Source: Rhizophagus irregularis (lineage: Eukaryota). Taken from it: a DNA stretch of 64,000 bases. Below are positions 22,101 through 34,900 of this stretch, in pieces. The position numbers and the translations under genes were made by a program. The stretch is taken from the NCBI RefSeq assembly GCF_026210795.1, contig NC_089431.1:1612001-1676000 (forward strand). Direction: 5' to 3'. The notes under the pieces are model-generated. The model did no database searches, was not told the DNA's origin, and worked only from the letters and a program-made list of their open reading frames with translations. Numbering within the stretch: position 1 is the stretch's first letter; each line of letters starts with the position of its first letter.

Positions 22101-22275
22101 TTTGCAATATTTTCCAAAATTTCTTGAAAACTTCTGGTGTATCTCTTATTGGATAACATATTTCACATGTTATATTTTCTCCTCTTAATTCGTCTATATC
22201 TATATTTCCGATATTTTCGTCATGTCTTAATTTGTGGTTCTCATAATCGACCCTCCAAGTTTCATACCATTCCAT
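19141..22275 (-). CDS. gag: Gypsy B Gag with a long (~450-aa) N-terminal extension, capsid-like region and CCHC knuckle
   Basis: FYGTSGEDPEEW retrotrans-gag motif, RQGDENVTQY, CYTCGRAGHYSREC. Confidence 0.9.
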   Translation of the reverse strand: MEWYETWRVDYENHKLRHDENIGNIDIDELRGENITCEICYPIRDTPEVFKKFWKILQKFEYTIKDYNAETIRALLNLLSIDSEERNNYTKGRTRDALDVMVESIRYLKQPVLREKGLKIIIIVIVRDCIENDKEDETMDRLIGNEELIRYGYILEDWDVNIRFGEFYEWYKEAITDFIECKDSTIRRYKNILYEEAELKEDESTEKIEAFKQKIRLMLHTMHIRVREHGWGIRKEIVEKVYDKIRGFEQLNIDETDSDDTPRSYTITETDDEKEGNLPISKNEEMSDEESDESIESNNVEETETTKIFEEIIRMDLKRMGYDVEITEIERIRKFGVTAKIITTYEFMKKYLTIWNLEDEELDEQILQWRVENTKECERCEIERLKKEFKIGKETCIECEKDIDKENPIDNEDEVEEDIKGPEIGSSKKSKSKKENKELKKTPIIPIIPVPPIKPKITMAASRDELRADLRALMNTMYNHDIGADWNNLALPPVTLTGLQGEVQANTNAIENLNANRGAIVEIPVFYGTSGEDPEEWADKFEETFTANGLGNDDAQRFRLAKAKLMGGAADWLKTEGVNIVDWNVNGDHNLRLRVRIIGKYASDEIKDRWLEQLEKIRQGDENVTQYLTRFKYMLKRAGGDAAVAANQQKRIFIRGLKPDFTKDVVMGNPADLNATFQIAKNVERGLEALTDKVQPKGINDEQRRQEPIVQGNVRNNKGVSVDELADSFAKLQIKMLEDENERLRNLASQSYRRLPQRNQPMQRNQPMQRNQPIQRNQSFQKRVPTCYTCGRAGHYSRECPEKRRNVGVNMMDEYYDQEEYDYNGYEDEEPQYGEMYYTQGYYDDYEDRELNYHNELYAKDNAVKTRRQTRRTNPVVGYKNNGEEGNLQEELREAGNRMDDREIPSGTTTPRYTPERIEQNNVYKDSQNWDNPIGPEDYNYGRRPMTKDGRFYKPMFTKEGKAFYPGMRQDEFGNWVRTKPSGTGKPREYGPRLTDGIPPYDIVEDVKNCRANITIGQMINENTKYHKQLREGTYRPRSINEKN

Positions 22276-23812
22276 CGTTGTAATCGTTCATCCAGAATCT
22301 TAACTAAAATCTCACCTCCTTTTATATATTTATACTTCACTCTTATCGTTTTTATTTTCAATCTTCTATGTTTCTATTTTCAATCTTCTATGTTTCTATT
22401 TTCAATCTTCTAAACATTCTTTCATCTTTAAATAGATTGCTTCTTTCAATCTTTAAATTTCAATTTTATATATTTACTACGCCATATTCTACTATTAATT
22501 TTTACTGCGCCTCAAAATTTCAAAAATTATTCTAAGTCCACAATCTCCTCAGGCTGTGGAGGTTTTTTACTGCGCCATAAAACTTATCTTTTATCACCGA
22601 TATCCATAATTTCACATGTCACAAACTCCAAAATTTTCATAACTTTTAGAGTTCGCGGATTTCCAATCTTTCTTATCGTCCACATAAATCCTTCCTACTA
22701 TATATTCTATATTATATAAATTAATCTATAGTACACATAATGTCGTTCTTTTCAGATAAATGTCCTTCTTTTCAAATAAATGTTCTTTTTCAGATAAATA
22801 TTCTTTTTCAAATAAATGTTCTTCTTTTAAATAAATGTCCTTCTTTTAAATAAACGTCCTTCTTTTCGGATTTTACTCTATTATTAAATACTGCACGTAA
22901 TGTTCATTATACGGCTCGTTAATGTGTAAATATCCTTCTATTTTATCTTCTTTTAACGGAACATTGTAATGAGAGCGTGAACTAGGACACTACACCAGGA
23001 ACCTTCGTCTGAAATGTAGCCTAGGACCTGTAACAATACAACGTATCCATTTTTCCTCCTTCGTTGGTCGACTTGTCTCTTAACGGGTGAATCTAACCTT
23101 CCAAAATCCAGTTTCAAAAGTCATCAGCTATCCATAAAACTCATCTAAACCAACTTATCTTTCCTCAAATTGGTGGACCTATACTGGGCTTATCTCTATC
23201 TTTTTCCCATTGGGTAAAAGCATGATAGTTTACAGGTTTGTCCCATTTTATCCATTCAATGTTTCTTGATAGTAGGTGTCTTTACAATCTTCATTCCCCG
23301 TCCCCAAAGCAATTTGCGCATTATTGAGCTGGGTATCCAGATTTGACGTAACCCATACGTTATAATCCTTAATGTCGAAGAATAAAAATTTTCCAATTTC
23401 GAGCATTTATCCAAAATTCAAACTCAGAGGTAACCCATACCACACAGATGAACCCCAGATAATACATTGGTGTTCTCCCATTATTAATCTTTATTCCAAA
23501 ACTCATCTTTCACTTCCACATCTCCTTATAAAATTTCTCAGGTACTTTATTCCCGAAAGAAATATTCTTGTGCTTTCTATCAATTAGGTGATTACTTGCA
23601 CAACAACAAACTTCAATCTTTCACCTTTTCAAGTTTTTTACTCAATTAAATCCTTATTGATTTATTGGTTCCTTTTGAACTCGTTAAAACCTGAAATCTA
23701 AAAATAAATTCTAAAATAAAATATTGATTAATAATACCTATCAGTGACTTACTAACGAAATTAAATTTTCATATTCATTATAATAATAATCATGTGATGA
23801 TGATCATTTCCT

Positions 23813-23830
23813 TTCTCGGAGCATGCACCA
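23813..23830 (-). other. Primer-binding site of Gypsy B, tentatively tRNA-Gly-like
   Basis: TGGTGCATGCTCCGAGAA 2 nt inside the 5' LTR; complementary to a tRNA ending UGCACCA. Confidence 0.65.
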
Positions 23831-23832
23831 TA

Positions 23833-24943
23833 TGAGATCCCCCAATTCCCTCTGTCATCAATTTACAGAGTTGCCACATCGAACGGGCATTCCCATGGTC
23901 GAACGAACGAATAAACGAACGAACGAACAATTAAACGAGCGAGCAATTAATCAACAACATAATTAACAAACAATATAATCAACAAACAACACACAACAAC
24001 ATATAACAGCAACATTCTTGGTTCACAACATAAATAACGTTAGTAATATAAAACGTCGAACGATATAAAATAAAATTTAACTTCTCTAAATTTTCCCCAA
24101 ATTATATCCACTTTTACCTTTAATTTCAAACTTCGATAGCTCTCGCTACGAATTATTACTTTTCAAAAACGTATATTTAATTCATCTTAAATTTCCATTT
24201 TATTCAATTAAAATTAATTAAGCAAACATTAATTAAAGTTTAGGGCGAACCTATTACCTTTAATTAATATTAAACTTCACTAATAAGTAATTAAATGAAA
24301 CTTATATTTTTATTGAGTTCTGTGGATGAGAACTATGGAATTACCTTGAATTCCGCTCTCTATATATACAATTTTTATGCTACTTTCTATTCTATCTATA
24401 TACTATCTTTTATGTTCTTTTTACATATTATCTTTGAATTATCTTTCTAATATACTATCTATATTTTAAATACGCTATCTTTTAATATGCTATCTTTTAA
24501 TATGCTATCTTTTTATATATGTTCTTTTTAATATATTATCTTTTACGTTCCATCTTTATACTATCTTTTTATATTATCTTTTACATTATTTTGTGTTCTT
24601 TAATCTTTCTGACATTATTTTATATGTTCTTTTAATTCGCTTTATGTGTTTTGCTTATAATCTATCTTTTGTGGCTTATAATTATTCTTTCTTATCGTTC
24701 TTATTGTTAAAGATCGCTAAGCCGCAATTGATCGACTCTATTTATCCTATTGGTTCTTTGTCAATCATTTGATAAATATTACATCATGTAGATCATTACT
24801 CTTCCTAAATGTTTATCCTTTTCGGCTAATTATTTATCCATCTACGCCAATTCATAATCAATTTGTTCGTTCTTAATATTTGGCAATTACATTTGGTGAT
24901 TGGATTTTATCATCTTTTCGTGCTTGATATTCGACCGTTTACA
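23833..24943 (-). repeat. 5' LTR of Gypsy B
   Basis: Copy of 14037-15147 with TG...CA termini. Confidence 0.95.
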
Positions 24944-24947
24944 GCGG

Positions 24948-26186
24948 TCTATAATCAACACACATTCGCAGGTCTCCTCCTTTCTTGTCTACTATTACTA
25001 CTGGTGCAGCCCATGGGCTCATGGATTTCTTTATCATTCCTTGTTGTTCCAACTTCTTTATTTCTTCTCTAAGGAATTCTTTCTTCTTAGGGTTAGTTCT
25101 GTAGGGACTTCTTGCTTGAGGTGCAGCGTCTCCAGTGTGGATTTGATGTTTAATTAATCCAGTTCTCCCAATATCAGTCTGGCTCTTTGCACAAATATCT
25201 TCATTGTTGTTCAATATTTGTTGGAATCGTGTCTGTTGATAATCTGTAAGCGGTCCAACATGTAGGTCTTTTTGGATATTCCACTCATTTCCTTTTTCTG
25301 CTTGAGCTAAGAATAGTGCAGGATTATCAGTTTTATCTTCATCATCTTCAGTTAGGTAATCATTTAAAATATCTTCTAATAAATTATATTGGTCAGGAAT
25401 TTCCTCCTTTTCATCCCAAGGGTTATAGTTTAGTGGTTGTTGATACCATTGTTCCCATATTTCTTCATCTTCACTTGATTCACTATTAAGAAGGTGAATC
25501 TCTTTTTCAATTAGGTCATCCTCATACTCATATTCATCAAAAATTTCGTCTATTTCATTGTCAATTTCTTCTTCTTGGAAAGATACATATCTGGGAACTT
25601 CTCCAATATGAATTGAAATAGGTGCAAGAATAGTTTTAGCTAGGAAAGTCAATTGAACTGATTTATTATTGAAATCAAGTACAGCTCTGGTACGCCTAAA
25701 CCAGTCAGTTCCTAAGAGTAGGGTTTCATCCTTTGAGTCAATAACATGGAAAGTGGTAGGGATAAGGAGAGTTTGAATTACTATAGGTACTTTTTCTATT
25801 TGTCCTAAGGCTCTGTTTCTTGTCCCATCCGCAGTGACTACAATAGTGTTGGAGGGTTTAGTGATTTCCAATCTCAACTTTCGAGCAAGAGATTTGGTGA
25901 TAACACAAACAGCAGCTCCTGAATCTAAAATTGCATAAACAGGATCTCCTTTAATTCTCACTGCACATTTCACAGCAGTGGTGTCTCTAGTATCACCTTC
26001 TTCCGAATCAGAGATTCTATCTACATAGTTAGTTTCTTGAGTCTTAGGTGGTCTTCTCAAAATTCTGGCAAAATCTTTCTTTTGGTCGTTATATTTCAAA
26101 AGTTGTCCAATCTTTGCTGAAGATGGCATATTTAATATGTCATCTGAAATGCGATAAGGAGGCATCTGTTCAATAATTGAGGGCAT
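24948..26186 (-). pseudogene. Gypsy A pol, 5' part (protease and start of RT)
   Basis: ILDSGAAVCVI, LLLGTDW, SPWAAPVVIVDKK, RMCVDYR; truncated by B. Confidence 0.9.
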
Positions 26187-27979
26187 TCTTGGGTTCTTTT
26201 AACAGTTCTTTTTGGTGGAACAGCAGGAGTCGCAGTTGTTTCAATAACTTCATCCATTGGAATATTGATATTTTGTCTTGGTTGAGGTCTTCTCAATCTC
26301 TGTTCTTGTTGTGATTCAGATGAAATAATATTTTCTACAGCTCTTGGTTGTTTAGGTTTTGGCCTATAGTTAGTGGTTGGTTGAGATCTAGAACGAGTAG
26401 TGACATAGGCTTCAGCTTCCTCATAATTGTCATCGTAATAATCTTGATAATATTCATCTTCATAATAATTATCATAAGAATCATAAGTTTCTTCATATGT
26501 TTCCAAATAATGAGCATCTCTTCTTTGAGGTCTTCTTGCATTTCTTTCTGACATACAATCTCTAGCGTAATGTCCTTTTTCTCCACATCTGTAGCATTCG
26601 ATATCTCTTATATCAGTTCTGGGTCTATTAGGTCTGAAAGTTTGGGTTAAATTATTTGGTTGAGTATATCTCGCAGGTTGGATTCTTCTAACAGGTTGTG
26701 GTTGAATGGGTTGAGTTTGAGCTAATAAAGCACTAGATAAATTTGCATAGTTAAGTGAAAGTTTCTGCATTTGTTGAGTTAATGCTTCAATTGCTTCCAT
26801 TTGAGGACTTTCAGTTTTTGCAGGTGTGGTTGATACAGTAGCTACTTTAGTAGCAATTCCAGTAACACTTGGTCCTAAATGTGCGTAATTTAATCCGATT
26901 TCAACTTTTCTTGCATTACCAATGACATCAGATAAAGTATTAGCATCTTGTAAATGTACCATAGGAGTGATAGTAGGAGTTAATCCAAAAAGGAACATTC
27001 TAATTTTCTGAGCATCAGGAATAGCATTGGTAGTATCGACTCTCTTTAATAACCTTTGGAATTTAGCGGCATAATCATCTACTGTTTCATTACTACCTTG
27101 TCTTAAGGTGAGTAATTCCTGATACCATTTATTTTTGCGAGTATCATTTGCAAAATATTTTTTAAAAAGGTCTGTAAAATTATTGCCAGTGTTTTGTCCA
27201 GATTCCCAGTGGTTACCTATTGTAGCAGAATTAGTATCATATCAATCAGATGCAGCACCTCTTAAATAAGAAGTTGCAACTGCTAGTTTTCTCTCAGGAG
27301 TAGTCCAACCATTAGTAGCAGCAGCCTTTTCAAAAATAGCTAACCATTCGATAGGATCTTCATCTTCTTTTCCAGAAAAGGGTTCAATTTTTGCAATATT
27401 ACTTCCTCTGCTCAAAAGATTGGCAGCATTATTACCAAAAACAGTTTGCAAAGCATTGGTGATAGCAGCTTCGTCAGCCATATTTTGATTATAAACAAGA
27501 GGGTTATCTATGAGATTATTAGGGTTATTATTTCTTTCAGTTTGGATATCAGTGTTAAGTTGAGCAACTAATTGAGGTGTAACAGGATTATTAAAATAGC
27601 TTGTTCTATGAGTAAGATTGAAGAAGAAAAATACTAGATTTCTGATAGGATCAGGTCTTTGCTGGTATCTAATACTAAAAAGTAGTTTACTAGATAGGAT
27701 TAAAACTTGGAGTCCTTTGATTCTATTGTTATCTAATTGAAATGCTTGACAGAAGATAGGTAAAGCCCTTATAGTGTAGGAGGTATAACTAACTGCAAAG
27801 AAGTAGTTACTAATCCAATTCCAGAAATTTTGAAAGGCAGATGGTAAAACAAGAGGTGGAGGATAACAGATACGACAAGAATGATCTACAGTAGTAGGTG
27901 GATTTATATTTGAAAGATGTTGAGCAGTATGGCGAGTAGTTAATTGTAATTGTTGTTCGAAATGATCTTGTATGGTCAT
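26132..27979 (-). pseudogene. gag: Gypsy A Gag with a premature stop
   Basis: FSGKEDEDPIEW; in-frame TGA at 27242-27244 where Trp is expected (B has AADW); frame continues to CYRCGEKGHYARDC. Confidence 0.9.
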
Positions 27980-27991
27980 AAATCTCTTATG

Positions 27992-28009
27992 ACCTGGCAG
28001 GAATCACCA
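27992..28009 (-). other. Primer-binding site of Gypsy A, tentatively tRNA-Val-like
   Basis: TGGTGATTCCTGCCAGGT 3 nt inside the 5' LTR. Confidence 0.6.
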
Positions 28010-28012
28010 CTT

Positions 28013-28505
28013 TGTTAACAGGTCCGTCTCAGACTCTGTCAACTATAACTAAACGTTAGGGAGTCAATAGCTATAACGTAGTTTATATCAGCAAGTCACG
28101 CAAAAACACAATACGCAAAATATAACACAATCACAGTTCGTTTTTAATATAAGAGTTTATTAAATAGTTAATACAAGTTAATCCCTAACTTATACTATCT
28201 ATTTTCTATCTATCTGACACACTGACATACACTTTAATTTAAGAAAAATCAAAAGATATTTATATAAAAATAAAATATAAATAAAATAATATAACTAAAA
28301 TAAATAAAGTAAATAAAATAAATGTAATAAATAAAAGAAATAATAAAAATAATAAAAATAACATAAATAATATAAATAACAAAAATAACAATTGTAACGT
28401 TAATCAGATCTACAAAATTATTTGATTACATAATGATTGATCTACTAATTAATCATCTGATTTTTGAATCACGTGATTTTTACTGCGCCATAATCTTCGT
28501 TATCA
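28013..28505 (-). repeat. 5' LTR of Gypsy A
   Basis: Copy of 9043-9535. Confidence 0.95.
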
Positions 28506-29068
28506 CCGTTGCCATCCCTATATATAATTACTTTAATCATGTGACTTACAACGATCAAAATTTTTCATTTTTTTTTTGTTAATAAAAAAAATTTTTTTTA
28601 ATTTTTTTTGCAAACAAATATAGAAATTTTTTTAAATTCTTTTATAATTTATTTAAATATTAAAAAATATATTCGCTGTTTAAAAAGAAAGCATTAACTA
28701 TAAAATTTTTTGCCACATTTAAATCGTAATTATTAATATAAGACTGATGATTGGCTAAATTAATCTTTTTTTTATCGAAATTAAAATAAAAAAAATGATC
28801 TACCTTATGAAAAGAAATGTCTTTAATAATTAATAAGAGTACAATAGAACAGATACTTTTTATTAAATATGACGGATTTTTTTTGCAAAATTAATATTAA
28901 TAAAGATTTTTTTTTTTTTGTCAATAATAACTTTTTATTTCAAAGTTAAACTAAAATAAATGATTTTTTTGAATGATTTATTAAAAAATACAATAGAGTA
29001 TTAATAAATTTAATAAATAAATAATAATCTAAGATTTTTTTTTTACCAAAAGTATAATCATTTGAAAT

Positions 29069-29212
29069 TAGGGATGGCAACGGTTATGATCATAACCGTT
29101 TAACCGACCGTTTAACTGACCGTTTAACCAATTTTTAACCAATTTTTAACCAATCATAACTGACCATTTAAATTGCTATAACCGATTATAACTGACCATA
29201 ACTGACCGTTGC
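29069..29212. mobile_element. Short remnant of the same hAT-like family
   Basis: TAGGGATGGCAACGGT at 29069, ACCG/GACC repeats, truncated inverted end GACCGTTGC at ~29204-29212. Confidence 0.6.
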
Positions 29213-29719
29213 GAGATCTTCTTTTCTTTGTTAGAAATAAAACTAAAAATCAACATCATAACAGGTACATAAAACTCAACCATATGCTTGCTACAGTATC
29301 ATTAGATTCACTATTCGCACCTGAAGTCCTGAACAAGCATATGTTACAATTAGTCATGCTAAAACATGGGACTTTTTAACTTTGACTGCACTTATGAAAC
29401 AAGTTATAATAGAATATTAGTGAAATAAATATAATATCGACATTTCTTATTACAATGTATAGTTATTTATTAATATTATTTATAACAATAAATGTTTAGT
29501 TATTCTAATTTCAAGTTATTGCCTCACATATAACAGTTTAGGACACCCTGTCAAGAACTAAGGCAACTAGTTATTATTTATAAATTACATCACTTTACAT
29601 AGGTTCTTACTGATCAAATTTTTAAATGAATCATCTCTATCTAGTCTCCATCCATTCAGGAAAACCTTTATATAAAATTTCAGAATTAAGTTTTAGTAAT
29701 AATAATGGTAAACTTCTTA

Positions 29720-31301
29720 TCATTTACTTTCATCGTCTTCTTCTAATGATTTTTCGTTGTCTTCTTCTAACAAACTAATATTGACGACATAATGTTTAAG
29801 GAATTCTTTTAAACCATTCAGTTCTAAATTGTCATATTTAAGATTTAATGATGTAGAATCCAGTGTCAACCTATCATTAAAAGTTTTCTTTGTTGTCCCG
29901 TTAAAAACATATTTATGCATAATTCCCCATGGCTTGATAGAGCTAACGCCTAAAAATAATTAATGTGTTATAAAGAGTAAATGTCTTTTCTGCAATAATG
30001 TATTAGTATATAATTACCAAATAGAAAGGCGTAAAATGTTAATAGTGCTCCTCCAATAGCCAGAACGTTAGAGATAACGGACAATGCCTAAATAATAAAA
30101 TAGTAAATACTACTGTATTAATAAAAAACCTGCTCGAGGCGGCTGATCGGCAAAAACAACCAATTTGGTTGGTCTGGTCAGATAATTACAAATGTTGTTC
30201 TTTAATTAATAAATTTACTTACATTCTTATTCCGTTGCTCAGTTTGATCTTCAAGTAAGAAGCTACTCGGGTCGAGCATGAAACCTGATGCAGCATCCGC
30301 ATACCATGAGGCGTTTCTCGTGGTTAAATCTAAAAAAAAACATTAATTATCAACGATATATCTTATCAATAATAGACTTTTTTACTTAATTTATTTAACT
30401 TACAAGCAAATGCTGTAATATATGTCAGCATTTTGCGTGTTGGAGGAAATCCGAAATCGTCTTTGGTGGATTCTATAATCGTTCTGGTGGTTTTCCTTGA
30501 CATTCAGACATGGTAGATCTAAAATATAGATATATAATTTTCATTATATTTAAATAACTTTATAACGATCAATGGACCATCACCCATATATCATCGTTAT
30601 TACTTACATAATTTCTCCCCAGAAAATATCTGTTTGTCCGGTAGATTGACGCAGAAAGAGGCGATGAATCGAAATAATATTTGTCATTAACTAGCGCCTT
30701 GTACATGTCCTGAGCCAATGTTTGATTTGTTGAGTCAAACATTTTGATTGTAAACGCAGGAATGTCACCATATATATAAACGTCGTTAGGGACGTTAAAT
30801 TTAAAAAGGATCCTTTTTAGCTAATAAGGCGTTTCATTCCTGGGAAACGCCAAATTATTTATCGGCGAAAATTTTTCGGTCTATTGACCGCTTTCTTCAT
30901 TAAATGTGGGTTAAGTTAAGTACTCCGAACAGTTGCTATGATCATCTATTAAATGGATTATTGAGTGAAATAAATATACAGTAAAGGGTAGCATGAATAT
31001 GATAATATATGGTCTTACCATAATAATCAAAAATCTGGAAATAGCACGTTATTGTAAAGTTGTTCTTAAGCTGAAACCCCACTATCGGGGCAGGAAATTC
31101 AGCCATTTCAGAATATCCATTGGTAACTGTTGACAAGTCATTATGTACACCAATTGAGAGAATGATTAAATAAGCCAGTAAGATAGTGCCAAATATTGCG
31201 ATAATAATCGCTTTACAGAAGTTGAGTGATTTTATCTTGAACATTTTTTTTTTAAAAAACTGTAACATTTTTAACATTTTTATTTTTAAAAACTGTAACA
31301 T
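29720..31301 (-). pseudogene. Multi-exon membrane protein with N- and C-terminal transmembrane segments; probably pseudogenised
   Basis: TM1 AIIIAIFGTILLAYLIILSIG; TM2 SVISNVLAIGGALLTFYAFLFG; IKPWGIMH; C-terminal LKEFLKHYVVN. Exon 2 has two in-frame stops (SEYLT*PTF, SGQ*TEK). Confidence 0.6.
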
Positions 31302-31965
31302 TTTTTTTTTTAATTAGAGATTTTTTTCGATATTATTAAATTGATGCAATTCTTACATGGATAGAACTTCATTGTCGTTTACTTTTTTTTAGACTTCTTT
31401 ATGCTTTCAAAATATTCTGAATTCGAATTTCAAATACATCGGGAAATTTTTTGGGGTGCAGAACTGCGGAGATCTGTAAAATTAGCAGATCTCCGCTTTT
31501 TTTTTGTCATTTTTTGTGTATTTCTGCGAAGTTCTGCAAACTTTGCAACTTCGCAGATAATTGAATATTTTTATCTATAAAATCAGTAAAATTCTGCAAT
31601 TTTGCAGAATTTCATTTAACAGAAAATTTAAAACATGCCAGTTTTGCGAAGTTCTGCGAAATAGCAGATCTTCGCTTTTTGTCCTTTTTTTTTGCGAAAC
31701 TCTGCGAAATTCTTTAACTCAAAATTGCGGGTTTATAATTGCGTTTAAACTTTGAGTAACTAACTAATTAAACTTTTCGATTTCAATTAGTAATTAAGCT
31801 TAATTAAGCTTTTCGATCATTTCCGTTGACAATTTATTTTCGCTAAAGTTTTTTAATAGTTTTTTTTTAATACTTTCGTTAAAGTTTTTCAACAAATTTA
31901 CAAATTTTATTTTTTAAACTTTCTGACTTTACTTTCGTTAAAGTTTTCCAGTTTTCCAGTAATTT

Positions 31966-34900
31966 TTAAAACATGTATTTATTTAACAAATAACGATTTA
32001 CTTTGCCAAACCTTGGAACTATATGAACTTTTTGGTTAATTGAACCGATTGGTATTGTGTTGTATTCTTTGGTGTAATACAACTGCGGACACCCGTACAG
32101 TTCGGGTTCCTCCGTAATAATATCAAACCAACGAACCAGAGCAAGTTCATATGGCTCTTTGAAAGAACCTCGGAAGAATTTAAATAATAACAACACCTTA
32201 TAAAGAAAATTGATTAATGACATACAACACTTTATCAATCTTAATCATTCACTTACTTTTCCATACCAAGCTCCCTCATCCGAATTGTATTGCTCTTGAT
32301 CTTCCGCAGGAGTTACCACAATATTACCGAACCATTCTTTACCTTGGAATTCTCCTGTCGTTCTTAAAATATGTCTATCTTCCAGGTGTACTGAATCATA
32401 AATTTTAATGTAAAATTCGTCACTTTCGGACTCCTGCGAAGATGTGTCCAGAAAGGTATCTAAAGTTGAAATTAATTGCGATAACCCTTCAATGAAGTTT
32501 GAATGTGGTGGATTTTCAGATTTTTTCAACGATTTTATTTTTTGGTCGATATTATCTAATGTTAGTTCCCAAAGTACTTTTCCAAATCCTTTGGCTTTAC
32601 GATGAATAACTTTTTTAGCAGAAGATGTCAATTCTTTGTGTTTTACCTATAAAAAATATTATTAAATGTATGTATATTTCAAAGAAATTGATTTCAGTCA
32701 TGTCGGATTCAACTAACAGCGTTCACCAATTGTCTCATTACGTCTTTTCTGTTTGATAACCGATATGGGGTTTTGACATATGATTTGTGGAGGGTTTCGT
32801 ACGTTTCCGTTGACAACCCATTCAATGCACCATATTTTCTAATAGCAGGCACTGAAAACAATCAAAATAAATTAGGATAAAATCATATACTGTATGTTTA
32901 CTAGCGTCCTACCTGCGTGATACCGCCAACTGTGTAACTTCGGAAAATTGCAGTCAGTAGTGGACAATGGAGAGAAGATCTTTTTGAAATCAATGCACCA
33001 ATCAATAATTGCTGACTATAATTGATAATCTTTAGTGTGTTGATGATTTCCAATGTGACTTTATGAACTTTGACTTACTTCAAAAATTTTCAGATCTTCT
33101 TCAGTGTACATTTCTTTCCTGCTCATTATGTACATCTTACTAAACTTTGCGTAAAGTTCGCAAAGTTCTTTACAGGTTATTTCGTTCCCTTCAAAAATTT
33201 CATCTAAGGCAAAAAGGGCAATTTTCATTATGTTACGATAGTCTGACGCAGTAAGTACGTTTAAATGTCCTAATTTATGTAAGAGTTTAAGACCCGGGAA
33301 GCGAGGAATCTGACGAAGTCGATCATCAAATTTTTTTTGTAGTTCTGTTCCTCCGACTGCCTTCAAAATATCTTGTGTAAATTCCAATTGGTATTTGAAG
33401 AGTCCAAGATCGATATGGTGCATACGGTCAGGAACGCAGGCTTCGTATATATTCAAATTTCTGAAACAAATTATACGTGCGTAAAAATTTACATCTTTGA
33501 AATTCATTACAGAAATATAAAGATATTTACGGAAATTTCCAGAAGGAATTTTCAACAGAATGCACAGAATACTCCTTTCCTTGGCCATCGTTGATTACTT
33601 GCTTCATATTTTCATGAGTTCTATGAGGTACGTTCTCTAGTTTAAGACTCATATTGTTCAGATCACTTTGCAAAACCATGCAAGTATGGCATGGCATTTT
33701 GCACCGCGCTCCTTTATATGTCGCAGTTATATCATCAGCTTCAAGCATATCTGCGAGAAAAAAGATATCCGTGCAGCGAAAGTAATCACTTGTCCATTAA
33801 TTCCAAAATATAGCGCTTCAGATTTTTCTAATAAAGGTTGGAGCATAATTTTGAAGCATTTATGATATACATCGCGCTGTAAGCTTCGAAAACTTTCTGT
33901 TGTTTTGATTCCTGTATCTTGGACTTTAGGGAGAAATCCTAAAAGAATTTTAGCCTCCGGCAAATTTCAAACACGATTTGGAATGTTACCAAGAGTTAAA
34001 AAAACTGGATGGCCTGATGATTTCCCAAGTCCATCGAAAGTTGTTGCGTCTGAGTATAAGATGATGGACAATAGTCGATTTAATGATGGAAGGTTCTTTT
34101 CGGTTTCTAACCACCAGTTACCTTCGAAAGGTTCGCCAAATATTCTTGTTTCACCTCTATCATCCTGAGAATATAAACAACTAAATAAGCATAAATAATG
34201 TAATTTATCATTGCAGACGGAAATCAAATTATTATACAGACCTTCATTTTATTTTGGATTCCTTTATGGACGAAGTTATTGGCTACTTCCGGTCGTTGCA
34301 GAAGAGCTTGAATAGCACGAAAAAGTGGGCGATAGTAGAGGGTAAAATTAATTTCATTATAGGTCGCAACAACCTTTTTTTTAAAGTCTATCAAAGGTGA
34401 ATTTATTTGATTAAGATAATCCTTGCCATTTTTCGTAGAACTTGGCAATGGTAATTTGTCTAAATTACTATGTTTGTTGAAAAACTTTATTATTTTATCA
34501 CCTATCTTATTAGAGATATTACCCTCTACTATCAACTCCAAAAAGTCGCGATATGCATTATTCGGCCATTTTACTATGCGCTCTGGTGTGGGTTTTCCAT
34601 CAACTACATCTATGGCATCATCTAATGACGCACCCTGAAGGTCTTCAGGATCAATGAATTCAGTATCTTCAAAGTTTACTAATTCTGATTCTGCTTCCGA
34701 TTCTTCAAAATTTGCTTCGACCCTCTCTTCTGACCGTAACCTTTTTTGCAAATGATAACGTGGTTCATCTTCTAACTCATCTGCAATATTTACTAAGTCT
34801 TCATCTTGAGATGAAGGTTCAAATTGCTTCATCTCATCATCATCATCCTGTGATGTAAGCTTTTCTTGCGAAGTAGTTGGGTTTGGCATAATAATTGACG

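Larger units (their letters stand above)
14037..24943 (-). mobile_element. Ty3/Gypsy LTR retrotransposon B (inner, 10.9 kb), nested in the RT of A
   Basis: Two 1111-bp LTRs, 4-bp TSD GCGG (14033-14036 / 24944-24947), PBS, PPT, gag, PR, RT-RH, IN. Confidence 0.95.
9043..28505 (-). mobile_element. Ty3/Gypsy LTR retrotransposon A (outer), ~8.5 kb after removing B
   Basis: Two 493-bp LTRs (TG...CA), 4-bp TSD CCGT (9039-9042 / 28506-28509), PBS, PPT, gag-PR-RT-RH-IN order. Confidence 0.95.
7278..28520. mobile_element. Non-autonomous hAT-like DNA element (~1.78 kb; 7278-9042 plus 28510-28520) interrupted by Gypsy A
   Basis: Left end TAGGGGTGGCAACGGTC; reconstituted right end GACCGTTGCCATCCCTA. 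~150-bp subterminal inverted repeats rich in GACCG. 8-bp flanks tatatatt / tatataat match 7 of 8. Confidence 0.75.

Noticed and set aside
23813..23830. tRNA gene
   Set aside because: Only an ~18-nt complement to a tRNA 3' end (PBS), with no cloverleaf; the same holds for 27992-28009.
26132..26215. Programmed -1 gag-pol frameshift in Gypsy A
   Set aside because: There is no XXXYYYZ heptamer in the short open window after the -1-frame TAA. The homologous segment is inside Gag in B, so a one-base deletion is equally likely; unresolved.
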